Both the position numbers and the translations under genes were made by a program. Positions 62,331-64,000 of a stretch of DNA of 64,000 nt are shown in pieces. The stretch is from Lophium mytilinum (lineage: Eukaryota). The notes beneath the pieces were generated by a model, which searched no databases, was not told where the DNA came from, and saw nothing but the letters and a program-made list of their open reading frames with translations. The stretch is from assembly GCA_010093605.1 (NCBI GenBank), contig MU004185.1:889334-953333 (forward strand), read 5' to 3'. Positions within the stretch are counted from its first letter, which is position 1. Every line of letters starts with the position of its first letter.

Positions 62331-63038
62331 CTCGAAGTATGCTTACGGAAAGAGTCGATTGGACTTTGTTGTTGGTGGCTTGGTTGGTTACTACTTGTAT
62401 GGGGGCGAAGACTTAATGCATTGTCCACCCCGTTGTTTTGCGGCATGTTCCTGTTGTCTGCAAAGGAAGCGGCGGATGTAGGATTGATAGGCGTTGTTTC
62501 ATGTATGGAATCTTGCTTCTTGAGACCGGAGTGGAAGGGACTTCAGATCAGATGATCCATTTTTGGGGGCTTCGTGTGATTTGTTCAGAGGTGTGAGATG
62601 CTGTGGTTAGGATACGGGCGTGACATATGTGCGACGTCTTTGTACGAATGTGCTGGTCGGGAACGACAGCATGCCCCCCTCCCCCATTCCTCTACCCCCT
62701 TCAGCGCGATGCACCCTCAAGAGAAGACCTCCAAGAAGTCCGACTATATCTTAACCTGTGCCCTTTCGTAGCGGCAACGAAGTAAAGCACAGCTGTTAGG
62801 CACGCAAGAACTGCAGTCCACTTGGAATGCGGTATGTACAATAAATCGCCGTACTCCTAAACAAAACTTCCAAAAGCTGATTCGGATTTAGCCCCCACAC
62901 CACAACGGGCATGGCGTGATTTGTGGGCGGTTAGAAGGTCTTCCCTGCGTCCTTAAACTCAGCCCTCTCCTCCCTTCGGCATTATTTCAATTCTCATCTA
63001 GCATCTACAAAACACAGTTTGCGCAATTTTCCCTGACA

Positions 63039-64000
63039 ATGGCTGAATTTGAGTATTCTTCCCTCGATCCCATGAAGAAGGAGATACGCATCTTACGACC
63101 CTTGCTTCAGGCACGCTCCGACGAGGATGAAGCGGCAGCTAGGATGCAGACCAACGACATGATTACCGACATTATCGTTGATCCTGATCTCTCCCTCCAA
63201 TTTGAGCTTTGCGTTGTCTCGTTAGATGAATCACCGCAGTACACCGCTCTGTCATACGTCTGGGGAGACCCTAGCGACCCACGACCCATCTTGGTGAATG
63301 GATCCACCTTTATGGCCACGCAAAATCTATACGCCGCCCTTGAGCACATGCAATACGCTGACATCGCCCCTGCTTTATGGGTTGATGCCGTGTGCATAAA
63401 TCAACGAGATGACGACGAGAAAAATACACAGGTCCCATATATGGGCTCCATTTACTCGAGCGCCCGTCATGTGTTCGTTTGGCTGGGTCCGCAGACTGAA
63501 GACAGCGATCTCATCGCGCGAATGATCCGTGAAATTACGGACGGACTACACCGCGCTTATAGCATTCCTACCTCGCAGAAAGATAGGCTTGTTGAAAGGT
63601 TCCTACCATTTCTTCAGGAGGCGGTCGTCCCCACCATAGCGTACATCTCCAAGTCAATGGCTCCGATCGATTTCTTCAAAGCTTTTGTAAACTGCATAAC
63701 TGATAGAAGCTGGTGGTGGCGTGTTTGGACTGTACAAGAGTTCTACCTCCCCCAACGCGTGCAGTTTCAGATTGGACTCCGAAGAATTCCTCTTGAAGAG
63801 TTTGATCTTGTCTTCCAAGTCCTCACCAGCGCGTATAAGTCCACTTTCGGAAGAACAGACGAACAGTACCTTGCCGAGACACGGTGGATCAATGGGTTTG
63901 ACAGGATTACGCAGATGCTGAACCTTCGTAGAGGCCGCCAAATCGACATATTTGGGAACAACGGACTCTACGAAGTGCTGTGCCGGACATATTGTCCATT
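63039..64000 (+). CDS. HET-domain (heterokaryon incompatibility, Het-6-like) protein; runs off the window
   Basis: ATG at 63039, open to the window end and absent from the ORF track because it has no stop. Motifs EIRIL, YTALSYVWG, NLYAALEH, LWVDAVCINQRDDDEKNTQV..MGSIYSSA..V.VWLG and WWWRVWTVQE. Confidence 0.92.
   Translation, partial: MAEFEYSSLDPMKKEIRILRPLLQARSDEDEAAARMQTNDMITDIIVDPDLSLQFELCVVSLDESPQYTALSYVWGDPSDPRPILVNGSTFMATQNLYAALEHMQYADIAPALWVDAVCINQRDDDEKNTQVPYMGSIYSSARHVFVWLGPQTEDSDLIARMIREITDGLHRAYSIPTSQKDRLVERFLPFLQEAVVPTIAYISKSMAPIDFFKAFVNCITDRSWWWRVWTVQEFYLPQRVQFQIGLRRIPLEEFDLVFQVLTSAYKSTFGRTDEQYLAETRWINGFDRITQMLNLRRGRQIDIFGNNGLYEVLCRTYCP

Overview
Gene-dense, intron-containing nuclear DNA from a filamentous ascomycete (Pezizomycotina; Dothideomycete is a guess). 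It holds about 22 protein-coding genes. Most are housekeeping or regulatory: SNT2-like (3' end runs off the left edge), MPH1/FANCM, RanGAP, COX17, DUF1295, RNase P/MRP p30, CK2 alpha, ValRS, calnexin, methylmalonate-semialdehyde dehydrogenase, RIM15, RPB4 and LRG1. The accessory-type genes are an OTT_1508-like deaminase, three secreted or cell-surface proteins, a LanC-like protein, a tyrosinase and a HET-domain protein (runs off the right edge). The standout feature is a tRNA-Cys(GCA) gene at 18741-18868. It forms a cloverleaf only after two introns of different classes are removed. One is a 49-nt mRNA-type intron (GTGAGT...ACTAAC...TAG) between tRNA positions 26 and 27. The other is a 7-nt canonical tRNA intron at 37/38. 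The anticodon therefore sits on an 11-nt middle exon. Two further tRNA-promoter-like (A-box/B-box) elements lie at about 54.7 kb and 62.3 kb. Exon boundaries were read by eye and no database searches were run.
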